Under the pieces are notes generated by a model that saw only the letters and a program-made list of their open reading frames with translations, had not been told where the DNA came from and made no database searches. Below, piece by piece: positions 26,846 to 38,445 of a stretch of 64,000 nucleotides of DNA; within the stretch, counting starts at the first letter, position 1, and every line of letters begins with the position of its first letter. This DNA is from Octopus sinensis (lineage: Eukaryota), in the NCBI RefSeq assembly GCF_006345805.1, contig NW_021833753.1:7263-71262 (forward strand), given 5' to 3'. A program made the translations under genes and the position numbers.

Positions 26846-27588
26846 TATATATTATATTATATATATATATATATATATATACATACATATTATATTACAT
26901 ATATATTTACACGTGGCTTAGCGGTTAAGGTATTCGATACACGTTTGTTAATTCGTGAGTTCGATAACCCGAGGCGGTGCCTTATGTCCTTGAGCAACAT
27001 ATTACGTTTGACATTGCACATGTCCATTCAGCTGGTAAAAATTTAACTATATTTCTAATGGTCAGTCACCTGTGTCACGCTGAATTTTCCTGTGAACTAC
27101 GTGAATGGGCCGGGTTTATGTGTGGAGTGTGGAGTGTTGATCCACTTACATGTTAATTTTACGTAAAAGATGTTTTATTGAATGAATCAAGCGAAACACT
27201 CGTCGAGTGGCATTGAAAAGAACACACCTACACGTGTACACGTGCCACACTTACACATACGTATAAATATATATATATATATATATACGTGTGTGTGTGT
27301 ATATATGCGTCTGTGGGTATATGTTTATATACATACACAGACACTCACACGCCGACACACATATATATACTGAAGTGAGAAAAAGATGTTTATTTCCATT
27401 TGTTGACCGCTGTTTCATAATCTCTGTTAATTACATAAACGAAACTATTTCATCCGTTGCACACGTATAGATAAATATGCTTCATATATAGATATTTATA
27501 GTGTATTGCTCTCTCACCCTCTCTCTCATACACACACAGGTCCTCTCTCTCTCATCTCGCCGCTCTTCTCTCTCAATATATTATATAT

Positions 27589-27619
<31 letters not shown>

Positions 27620-27770
27620 ATATAATATATATATATTATATATATATGTATATATATATTAATAACTTATTGCGAGGATGATCCGGTTCTGACTGAAGAT
27701 TAGAGGATTCGAATGACCCGTCCGTGTTTTTTGTATCGTCTATTTGAATGTTTTGCGTTCTGTTCCCTTT

Positions 27771-27809
<39 letters not shown>

Positions 27810-27940
27810 GACTATCATATATACCCGGCCTTGCCCGGGATTAAGTTACGATGATTAACTAATCAAGTTCTTTATTTTAAACCAAACCTAAGTAATATCG
27901 ACGTCAAATTTGGGCAAAATCCGTTGAAATGGTTATATTA
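27810..27940 (-). mobile_element. Helitron-like 3' terminus
   Basis: Reverse strand has the hairpin CCCGG GCAAGG CCGGG followed ~8 nt later by a degenerate CTAG (ATAGT), at a (TA)n edge. Confidence 0.45.
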
Positions 27941-28593
27941 TATATATATACATCATATATATTATATGTATATATTATATAATATATATATATATGGGCA
28001 ACAGACACGAACACACATGTACGTACCTACACCTATTGCATGTTTTGTGCATGCATACATGCTCATGAACAGAAATGAATGGAAAAATGTTGTTAAATTT
28101 GTAGATTAACACTCGCACGATTTTCACTAAGAAAAATAATCGTTTTTTTTTTTTGCGTGGAATCAACTACTCTGGCCTCCAAATATGCTACAAAACCCTT
28201 TTGTGGTCCGTGAAACGGAGTGGGTGTGGTGGAAGCCTCGGAAATTGTACCCATTTATATTGTGCAATTCACTGACAAATTGCTACTCACCGCTTTGTTT
28301 CTTTGTTGTTAAATAAATGGATTGTCAATAAAACACTTTTTTACTCGGGGTAAAATAAGAACAAAACCCTTTCGCACCTAAAGTAATGTGTGTGTGAGAG
28401 AGAGAGAGAGAGGGGGGAGAAAATGAACGATATAAAATAAATAAATGATTTAAAATAAATATATTGTAATTGTTGTGTCAGAAAATATATATACTAAGAT
28501 ATAAAATATAGTGTCTTTCAAAAACATCCTGGATTTGAACACTATATCTCGTGTTTAAGAAAAGACAAAACATTTTACATTTTATATTTATTG

Positions 28594-28905
28594 AACGTCG
28601 TCACTTACTCTCTCTCCCTCTCTCACTTTGTCTTTCCCGTGAAACTCTCTGCTTCTCTGCCACTTTTCTTTATCTTGTTTTTTTTTGTTAGACGCCGTCA
28701 GAAAGCTATGGCTGAAAATAGATTTTTAGGAACGTCGTCACTTACTCTCTCTCCATCTGTCACTTTGTCTTTCCGGTGAAACTCTCTGACTCTCTCTTCC
28801 ACTTTTCTTTATCTTGTTTTTTTTTTGTTAGACGCCGTCAAAAAGCTATAGCTGAAAATAGATTTTCACCGCTAAGAGTTATGGCTGAAAATAGATTTTT
28901 ACCGC
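28594..28905. repeat. Local ~137-bp tandem duplication plus a partial third copy
   Basis: aacgtcgtcacttactctctc...gacgccgtca.aaagctat.gctgaaaatagatttt occurs at ~28594 and ~28731; gctgaaaatagatttt occurs again at 28883. Confidence 0.85.
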
Positions 28906-29402
28906 TATCCGCGGGGGCCTCGGGAAAAAAATAAGTTGACAAAACCTAGATAGGATGTTGACGAATGTCCCCCTAAAATTTGAGCGACATGCGTGCTAAT
29001 TCGTGGATGTGCATAAACTACAATCACGTACACACACACACATCTTGCCGTATATATATATGCAGATAGATATAAATATATATGTATTCCCAACACATGG
29101 TTCTGGGATCAGTACTACTGCGTGACACCTTGGGCAAGTGTCTTCTGCTATAGACTCGGGCCGACCAAAGACTTGTGAGTATATCTGGTTGACGTAAACC
29201 GTAAGAAGCCCGTCTTATATATATACATATATAATTATAGCATATTCTGTTAAGAACATAGTAGAATACAGTATAAAGCTCGCTCGTCCACTTTCAAATT
29301 TAAACTGTGGTAGTATTATATGTATTTCCAGGTTTGCGTTTGGGCATCTGTCGTGTGTGAATAGATAATTGAAAAAATTGGAGTCAACAAGAAGGGTACG
29401 GT

Positions 29403-29940
29403 TGTGCCGAAAGAGATCAAAGAGGGTGCCGAAAGAGATCAAAGAAGAGTCCCGAAAGAGATCAAAGAGGAGTCCCGAAAGAGATCAAAGAGGAGTCCCG
29501 AAGCAGATCAAAGAGGAGTCCCGCAAGAGATCAAAGAGGAGTTCCTAAAGAGATCAAAGAGGGTCCCGAAAGAGATCAAAGAGGAGTCCCGAAAGAGATC
29601 AAAGAGGAGTCCCGAAAGAGATCAAAGAGGAGTTCCTAAAGAGATCAAAGAGGGTGCCGAAAGAGATCAAAGAGGGTCCCGAAAGAGATCAAAGATGGTG
29701 CCGAAAGAGATCAAAGAAGAGTCCCGAAAGAGATCAAAGAGGAGTCCCGAAAGAGATCAAAGAGGGTGCCGAAAGAGATCAAAGAGGAGTCCCGAAAGAG
29801 ATCAAAGAAGAGTCCCGAAGAGATCAAAGACGGTGCCGAAAGAGATCAAAGAGGAGTTCTGAAAGATATCAAAGAGGGTGCCGAAAGAGATCAAAGAAGA
29901 GTCCCGAAAGAGATCAAAGAGGAGTCACTAAAGAGATCAA
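29403..29940. repeat. 22/23-bp minisatellite (CCGAAAGAGATCAAAGAGGAGTC and variants), ~23-24 copies
   Basis: Invariant core AAGAGATCAAAGA with alternating linkers GGAGTCCCG / GGGTGCCG / GGAGTTCCT. Confidence 0.93.
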
Positions 29941-30210
29941 AAATTTTCCGAAAATTTTTCAAAAATTTTGCTGAAAATTATCGAAAAAACTTTTCAAAAA
30001 TTTTTAGGGAAAATTTTCAAAAAAGTTTTCTAAAATTTTGGGGAAAAGTTTCAAAAAATTCTTTAAAAATTTTTGGGGATAACTTTCAAAAGATTTTCAA
30101 AAAGTTTTTCCAAACTTTTGATGTAAAGTTTCGAAAAACTTTTTCAAAAATTTTTGGGGAAAATTCTAATGAAAATTTTCAAAAATTTTGGGAAAAAATT
30201 TTCAGAATTT
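29939..30210. repeat. Degenerate AAAATTTT repeat with ~10-11-bp period
   Basis: aaaattttccgaaaatttttcaaaaattttgctgaaaatt... repeated over ~270 bp. Confidence 0.85.
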
Positions 30211-30234
30211 GTGCATTTAGTAGAAAGGATTATT

Positions 30235-30552
30235 ACTCTTTTATTGTCTTTGTTTTGTTTGTTCCTTCTCGAGCCACGCCTGGCTCATAAGGGCCGGTTT
30301 CCCGGTTTCCTTGGCGTATAGATTCCCCACCCGGACGGGACGCCGGTCCGTCACAGCTGAGCTGCAAGATGCATGAGGAAAGAGTGAGAGAAAGTTGTAG
30401 CGAAAGAGTCAGCAGAAGTTCGCCATTACATTCTGCCAGAGCCGCGTGGAGCTTAGGTGTTTCGCTCATAAACACACACATCACCCTGTCTGAGATTCGA
30501 ACCTGCGATCTTTCGACCGCGAGTCCGCTGCCCTAACCACTAGGCCATGTGC
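30235..30552 (-). mobile_element. tRNA-derived SINE (family C head)
   Basis: Reverse strand reads gcacatggcctagtggttagggcagcggactcgcggtcgaaagatcgcaggttcgaatc. The tail ccggcgtcccgtcc...gaaaccggccct is shared with 39560-39810. Confidence 0.82.
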
Positions 30553-30559
30553 CTTTGCG

Positions 30560-30685
30560 CAGCTTCTATCGCTGGAGATGTACCGCGGTGTCAGCTGTTC
30601 ACTACCAGTGAACTAAGCTAACACCTCTTAGTTTTTGAGCACCATCCGGAATATTCGAGCGATTCCAAGCAGTGCTGTTTTCTAA
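30560..30685 (-). mobile_element. R4/Dong-like LINE extreme 3' fragment
   Basis: Reverse translation KTALLGIARIFRMVLKN* matches the QKxALLGTARILRxVL terminus of REL-endonuclease LINEs. Confidence 0.55.
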
Positions 30686-30750
30686 AAGTGCTTCTCGTTT
30701 TTTGCAGCCCCTATTTGTTTCACGTATTTCTCCAGAAGTTATTATTATTG

Positions 30751-30821
<71 letters not shown>

Positions 30822-30835
30822 CATTATTATATAAA

Positions 30836-31005
30836 GCGGTGAGCTGGCAGAATCGTTAGTACGCCGGGCGAATTGCTTAACGGCATTTCGTCCGTCTTTA
30901 CGTTCTGTGTACAAATTACGCCGAGGTCAGCATTGCCATCATCATTTCGGGGTCGACAAATTATGTACCGGTTGAGTACTGGGGTTAATGAAATTGCTGC
31001 GCTTG
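30836..31005 (+). mobile_element. SINE family A
   Basis: gcggtgagctggcagaatcgttagtacgccgggcg...gtaccggttgagtactgggg, directly after (ATT)n. Confidence 0.8.
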
Positions 31006-31019
31006 CTCCAAAATTTGTA

Positions 31020-31183
31020 ATCCACTTCCTCCTCCTCCTCCTCCTCCTCCTCCTCCTCCTCATCATCATCATCATCATCATCGCCATCATCATCGCCATC
31101 ATCATCATCATGATCATCATCATGATCATCATCATCCTCATCATCATCCTCCTCATCATCATAATAATAATAATAACAATAAC

Positions 31184-31236
<53 letters not shown>

Positions 31237-31322
31237 TAACAATAATAATAGTAATGATAATAATAATAATAATAATTATTATTATTTTTATTATTATCAT
31301 CATCCTCATCATCATCATCATT
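31020..31322. repeat. (CCT)n-(CAT)n-(AAT)n compound microsatellite
   Basis: Directly visible. Confidence 0.93.
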
Positions 31323-32053
31323 CCATTGTCCAGAGATTGTCTGATTCCTTCTTATTTAATTCTGTATCGTTTCAGCCTTCAGCACAAACTATCACTTAAC
31401 TGGTTTTTCAAACGTTTTATCGATTTCACAGCAAAGGCTGACACTTGTATTCGTTTTGTTATATTCCCTGTATTTTCTTTCTTTTTTTTTAGTCTTTTTT
31501 CTTTATGGCAAGAAGGATGTAAGGGGAGGTAATTTCCTTACCAATATTCCCGTTATTGTCGTTCCCATCATGTTTATTATTTTATGATATATTTGATTTT
31601 TATTTGCTTTTTTTTGTTTTGTGCTTTTATTAATTTATTTTCTACTACCCTACATTTCTGTGAAATATTTAAAACAAAAATATAAAACTCGTTATTTATA
31701 TAGAAATTTTTTGTTGTTTTGTAGGTTTGTGTTTGTGTGTTCTTCTTTTGTTTTGTATGTTGCTTTATATTTTTTGCTGTTATTATAAACAAACTTAACA
31801 GCTTCTGGAAAGAAACCGTTATTGGCATTGTAAGATTTGAAGAAGTTATATCGCAAACACGATGAAAAAGCAAACCAATACAGACTGAAACAAATAACGC
31901 CAATAAGAAAATTAAAGAAGAAAAACACATAAAAAATAAAGTAGAAAAAACAGCAAAACTCTAACACAACAAACACCTCATAAAAATAAAAACTGGAACA
32001 GCAAGTACAACAAGAAAACGATGAAAAAAGAAACCAACAGGAATTACACCAGC

Positions 32054-32109
32054 GATGATGATGATGATGATGATACGTATGATTATGACGATTATGATTA
32101 TGATGTTGT

Positions 32110-32162
<53 letters not shown>

Positions 32163-32740
32163 GTGATGGAGGTTGGTGATGATGATGATGATTGTGTCGA
32201 TGGTAAAAATAACTGCAATGCAAAAAGATTTTATAAATAAGAACCAGATTCACGAAATGGTATTGATAACAGGAACAAGGAAAGCGACGAATACGACGAC
32301 GACGATGATGACGATGATGACGATGATGACAACGAAGATGATGACGATGATGACAACGAAGATGATGACGATGATGACGATGATGACAACGAAGATGATG
32401 ACGATGATGATAATGACGATGAAGAGAGTGATGATGACGGTGATGGTGTTGATGATGATGATAATTATGGTGATGATGATGATGATAATGATGATGACGA
32501 TGACGATGATGACGATGTCTCCGGTGATGATGGTGATGATGGATGAGGATGTGGATCAGGATGAAGGTGATGATAACGACGACGACGATGACAACGATGA
32601 TGATGAAGACGAAGCTAATAGCAACAGCAATAGCAGGAAAATACCGAGAAAAATGACTTCAAAAACAATAAAAAAAATAAACAACAGCGCTGATGGCGCT
32701 GTTGATGATGATGATGATGATGATGGTGATGATAATTGCA

Positions 32741-32808
<68 letters not shown>

Positions 32809-32950
32809 AAGAAGAAGAAGAGAGAAAGAAGAGAAGAATAAGAAGAAGAAAAAGAAGAGAAGAAGAAGAAGAAGAAGAAGAAGAAAAGAAGAAGAAGAAT
32901 AAGCAGAAGAAGAAGAAGAACAACAACACCAACAACAACACAACAACAAC
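32054..32950. repeat. (GAT)n/(GAC)n/(AAT)n/(GAA)n compound microsatellite region
   Basis: Directly visible; source of the poly-Met/Asp/Lys ORFs. Confidence 0.92.
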
Positions 32951-33128
32951 AATGGCTTCAAATTTTGTCGGAAGCCAGCGACTTGATCGGCAGCAGGACT
33001 TGATCGGTACTGTATTTCTCCAAAAGTTTGAAAGCTAAAGTTCTCCTCAGTCGAATGTGAACTCAGGATGTCAAGTTGGACGAAATGTTGCTAAGCATTT
33101 TGTCCAGCTCACATCCTTGCTGCTGCTG

Positions 33129-33178
<50 letters not shown>

Positions 33179-33191
33179 GATGCTGCTGCTG

Positions 33192-33236
<45 letters not shown>

Positions 33237-33837
33237 ATGAAATTATTGGGGAGGGAGCCAGTCGATTGCATCGACTTAATTTATCAACCCCAAAAGGATG
33301 AAAAGTAAATTCGACCTCGGCGTAATTTGAAATCAGAACGTAAATACCGAAATACCAGAGTGCATCAATCCTTATTGTTATCAGATTAATTAATCGCTTA
33401 ATTGCCTAAAACGCTGCATATTTACCCCGTAAATCCATCACATAGCGGCAAGGACGGCACGAGGTTTCAAGAGTGGTACAGCTGTAACGAAAGAACCCCG
33501 ACAAATATTATCATTGCTTCGAATAGCAAGAGATCTCCGAAGGGTCCTTGAAGCATGATCATTAAACAAGCCGCACCTGAGTCTGCGGGCTGTGGGCAAG
33601 TGATACTTCTGGGGGAAGAAAGGCTGCGCCCTAGTATTTGACTGGTACTTTATGGATCGCGAAAGGATAAAAGGTAAAATCGACTTCGGTGGAATTTGAA
33701 CTAAGCATTTGGCTGGCGAACTAAAGGTTCTGCTAGCTCAACGCTCTAACAACAACGCTCTAACAACAACAACGACGACAATAACAATAATAACAACAAC
33801 AACAACAACAACAATAATAATAATGCTGATGACGATA

Positions 33838-33891
<54 letters not shown>

Positions 33892-33893
33892 AT

Positions 33894-34121
33894 ATTTCCT
33901 TACTACCCACAAGGGGCTAAACACGGAGAGGACAAACAAAGACAGACAAACGGATTAAGTCGATTATATCATCCCCAGTGCGTTACTGGTAGTTATTTAA
34001 TCGACCCAGAAAGGATGAAAGGCAAAGTTGATCTCGACAGACTTTGAACTCAGAACGTAACGGCAGACGAAATACCGCTAAGCATTTCGCCCGACGGCCT
34101 AACGTTTCTGCCAGCTCGCCG
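33894..34121 (-). mobile_element. Full-length SINE family A
   Basis: Reverse complement of the 58418 copy; flanked by (AAT)n on both sides. Confidence 0.88.
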
Positions 34122-34174
34122 TCTGGCAGAATAATATAATAATAATGATAATAATAATAATAATAATAATAATA

Positions 34175-34554
34175 CCAATGAGCAAAAACTTAGAAGCTAT
34201 ACATGGATCCTCAACACTTCACACTATCCAAGAACTAGTCTTGCTAGAAACAGCCCATATCCTATGCAAAAGACTATCTATTCGATAATACAATCTAAAC
34301 GAAACAACCCCGAAAGAGAAGACTCACTCTATACAGCAATTATCGAACGAAAGAAACTTCCACCAGCAGCCTGGATAACCAACGCATTACACCCTCAACA
34401 CACAATACAAGCAGTAATACAGCAAAAGGCTGCACCACACCTCAAGAGAAAAAAGAGAAAAAACTAACATAATATAATACCGAGAAGAGGTTGTGCACTC
34501 CCAACAACAGAAAAGTTCACACAATGCAGCACGCACCCTAGCAATTGAACATTG

Positions 34555-34555
<1 letters not shown>
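34175..34555 (+). mobile_element. R4/Dong-like LINE 3' fragment 1
   Basis: MSKNLEAIHGSSTLHTIQELVLLETAHILCKRLSIR* followed by a 3' UTR; lies between (TAA)n runs. Confidence 0.65.
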
Positions 34556-34585
<30 letters not shown>

Positions 34586-34603
34586 TAATAATAATAATAA
34601 TAA

Positions 34604-35090
34604 GGGTCACAGAAAACGAGAAAGCAATCAATCACACTCTGGGATATGCCGATACCACAGATAGAGAAATTAAGGCCAACAGACCAGATATAGTTGTCAG
34701 AGATCATGAAGAAAAAAATGCTTTCTAATGATTTATCAAACCGGCAGATGACAACGTGTCTCTAAAAGAAATGGAGAAAATTTTCAAAATACAAAGACCT
34801 AGAAATAGAGGTAACCAAAATGTGGAATCTAAAAACAGAAACACATTCCTATCATAGCAGCTGCATTAGGCATGATAAAAAAATATTCAGAAAAATAAAC
34901 AAAAACAACCAGGCTTACAAACACATATAACATACAGAAAATTGCAACTACTGCACTGCACACATCCTACGCAGAACACTTTCCATACAATAACCATCAG
35001 AGCATCACAAAAAATCACAGCACAACCCAAGGCAACACAGCTTCGCTCGGTAGTGAAGTGAAAGCACGCTTTAAAAAGAAACTACTGAAT
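34604..35090 (+). mobile_element. R4/Dong-like LINE 3' fragment 2 (REL endonuclease domain, frameshifted)
   Basis: LWDMPI / DREIKANRPDIVVRDHEEK / PADDNVSLKEMEK / SKYKDLEIEVTKMWNLKTET / AHILRRTLSIQ*; preceded and followed by (TAA)n. Confidence 0.88.
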
Positions 35091-35253
35091 AATAATAATA
35101 ATATAATAATATAATAATAATAATATAATAATAATAATAATGATAATAATAATAATAATAATAACTAATAATAATAAAAAAATAGTAGTAGTAGTAGTTG
35201 TAGTAATAATAATCTAAAAAAATTAATAATAATAATAATAATAATAGTAGTAA

Positions 35254-35285
<32 letters not shown>

Positions 35286-35307
35286 ATGATAATAATATGA
35301 AAAAATA

Positions 35308-35364
<57 letters not shown>

Positions 35365-35501
35365 CCCCATTATACCTAGCAGCAACTATATTCCAAAAAT
35401 GGCGTTAACAACAACAGCATAGAGAATAATATTTAGCATACAAAAAACATCTTAAATAAAAACTAATTTAATTAATATACACATACATATATACGTGTGT
35501 G

Positions 35502-35582
<81 letters not shown>

Positions 35583-36062
35583 GGGTGTGTATTGTATGTA
35601 TGTATATGTAACATGAAAAAAGCAAAACGCTATATAACAATATAACGATGTTGTGGACGAAACCAGTTAAAAGCAGATCAACGCTTGAGTGTAATTGCTT
35701 GAAGAGAGAACTAATTTATTTGAAGTAAAGTGTTAGATGTAAACATTTAATAATGTTTTACATTGTTGTTTAAATACCTACATATCGCTTTTATGTAAAT
35801 GAAGTTGGTTTTTATTTGGTGAATGTTTTTGTTTTTGTTTTTTTTATAATTATTTTTCATTTGTTTTTTTTTATTGCATTTTTTGAGATTTTACCGACTG
35901 ATGCACCAATCATATTGACATAATTGAAAATATCCTCTGACAATTTTCGTTGGCTTGAAGGCAGACTAGGTGCCGTCTAGGACAACAACAACAACAACAA
36001 CAACAACAATAATAATAAAGGCAATTGCCGTTGCTGCTAGTGATGGTACTACCACCAACACC

Positions 36063-36136
<74 letters not shown>

Positions 36137-36151
36137 CACCACCACTTCTAC

Positions 36152-36566
36152 GGTTCTTTTCAGTTTGAACGGCAATTTTTTTCTAGCGATGTCATATGAA
36201 ATTGTCACCCATAATTATGACCCTAGTATCGAGCTATTGCATTTCAATCTGTTTTAGGGTTAGGGTTAGGGGTGGGGGGACGGGTATCGGGTTTTCTTCA
36301 GAAATGTAAATAAACCCAATCTGTTTCTTAAAAGAGCGACATTTTCATACGACACATAATGTTTTCACCTCAATAGACGTCATTGATTGGTTGAAATTGC
36401 AGAAATTGAAGAAAGAAAACAGCAAATATTTAAAGATTATAGAATTTTCTCAAAAAAGCCAAGAGAAAAAGATGTTTTATAAACACATTCTACCAGTATA
36501 CGAAGTTTAAAAGTGTTTAGTTACGTGGAAATTATTTTTAAAAACTGCCGGTGAAACCGAAAAGAT

Positions 36567-36568
<2 letters not shown>
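36152..36568. mobile_element. MITE, 417 bp, ~29-bp TIRs, carrying (TTAGGG)3
   Basis: Left GGTTCTTTTCAGTTTGAACGGCAATTTTT vs reverse-complemented right GGATCTTTTCGGTTTCACCGGCAGTTTTT; TTAGGG x3 at 36254-36271; inserted in a (CTA)n/(CTG)n tract. Confidence 0.8.
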
Positions 36569-36601
<33 letters not shown>

Positions 36602-36626
36602 GCTGCTGCTGCTGTCGCTGCCGCTA

Positions 36627-36661
<35 letters not shown>

Positions 36662-36769
36662 TATTCTCGCACATTTCCAAAAGTCTTTATATTGCCAAAC
36701 GTACATCCTGCATGTTACGCCGACATACTTGATATGATAATGAGGGCGATGGTAATGAAATGGTGATAA

Positions 36770-36806
36770 TTACGACGATGACGAAGATGCGGATAACGAC
36801 GACGAC

Positions 36807-36857
<51 letters not shown>

Positions 36858-36923
36858 GATGATGATGATGATGATGATGAAGAAGATGATGATGATGATG
36901 ATGACGACGACGACGACGACGAC

Positions 36924-36954
<31 letters not shown>

Positions 36955-36990
36955 TGATGATGATGATGATGATGATGATGACGACGTCGG
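36770..36990. repeat. (GAT)n/(GAC)n microsatellite
   Basis: Directly visible. Confidence 0.93.
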
Positions 36991-37323
36991 CGGCGATTTG
37001 GCTGAGAACAGCGTTGATGAATGAGACCCTCTATCAAAGTTATTACAGACATGAACGGCTTAATATTTCTCAAAGTACAGCGTATCTAAGACCAAATCTT
37101 TCTCTAACAGGTCTTCGTTTAACAATCGTTATTCCGACCGTGAATTCGCAGAAATTTCAAACAGATCTCCATTTGTATTGAAAGCAATACCAGTTCCCTG
37201 AAACCTAAACTTGTTTCCGGATGGTGGAATGCAATTAACGATGGAATCCTTATGTCACCGGTTTGGAAGCGGTAGAATACCGACTTTTACCATCAGATTT
37301 TTAACTTTTGAAAAATATGCATA

Positions 37324-37495
37324 AGGCGCAGGCGTGGCTGTGTGGTAAGAAGTTTGTTTACCGACCATATGGTTCCGAGTTCAGTCCACTGTGTAGCTCC
37401 TTGGGGAAGTATCATCTCTTCTACTATAGCTTCGGGCCGACCATAACCACATGAAGCACGTCAATAAATATACACGCACATCTATCTATCTATCT

Positions 37496-37564
<69 letters not shown>

Positions 37565-37830
37565 ACATACATACATACATACATACATATACATACATAC
37601 ATTTATACATATTGATATGTATATATTTATGTGTGTGTGTCTCTGTGCCTTTATTTGTCCCTCACCACCGATTCACAGCCGGTGTTGGTTTATTTAGGTC
37701 TCCGTAACGTAGCGTTTCGGCAAAAGAGATCGGGAGAATAAGTGCCAGGCTTATTGGAAAAAAAAGTATTGATGTTAATTCATTCCACTAAAGATTCTTC
37801 AAACGGTGCTCCAGGATGGCCGTAATCTTT
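37324..37830 (+). mobile_element. SINE family B with an expanded internal (CTAT)n/(CATA)n tract
   Basis: Head ggcgcaggcgtggctgtgtggtaagaagttt and tail ggtgctccaggatggcc flank the microsatellite. Confidence 0.72.
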
Positions 37831-37859
37831 TTTTTCTCACTTTATGAACAAGGCTCGAA

Positions 37860-38000
37860 TTTTGGGGGCAAGGGGCCAGTCGAATAAATCGACCCCAAGA
37901 CGCGACTGGTACTTAATTTATCGACACCGAAATTATGAGTGGTGAAGTCGACCTCGCCGGAATTTGAACTCAGAACACAAAGACAGATGAAATACCGCCT
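37860..38000 (-). mobile_element. SINE family A fragment
   Basis: gactggtacttaatttatcgacacc...gtcgacctcgccggaatttgaactcagaac. Confidence 0.75.
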
Positions 38001-38383
38001 TAGGAGATCCTAATCTAATGACTGAAGTAAGTGAGGCATAAAAGTTTCATATATTTGAGTGTCATGAAAAAAAAAAACGCCAACTATTCGATAATTTCAT
38101 AAGATATTAAGGCAAGAGGGAAGACAGATGTCACGAACCGTTCCAGGATGAACAAAACTGCCGATAGGACAATAGGAAAGTTTCTGCAAACAGGACACAT
38201 GACAAGAATGCTTGCAAACTTAGTATCTACTGAAGGCACTCGGAAGTATTTGGTGGTATCCTTGTGTGTGTCGGAAGTCTAAGCGTATCTCAAGAGAAGA
38301 TTATGGCGGTATTTGAACACAGCGTGTAAAGATTCGGAATAAACACTGCAAAATATCCAAAACACGATTCTCGATTGACATAT

Positions 38384-38445
38384 GGTAATCCCTTGACTAT
38401 CGCGGGTGTTACGTTCTAACCACCCCCCACGATAGGTAAAACTCT
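38384..38445. mobile_element. Fragment of the Tigger/pogo-like MITE seen at 1428-1650
   Basis: gtaatcccttgactatcgcgggtgttacgttc matches the reverse complement of that MITE's right end. Confidence 0.55.

Noticed and set aside
27660-27775. CTGAAGA motif in a short TA-flanked element
   Set aside because: It is followed by GAAT rather than GAAA and has no convincing stems; too degenerate to call a ribozyme.
29404-30290. Long Lys/Glu/Arg-rich ORFs (MPKEIKEGAERDQRR...)
   Set aside because: They result from frame cycling through a 22/23-bp minisatellite. There are no unique spacers either, so this is not a CRISPR array.
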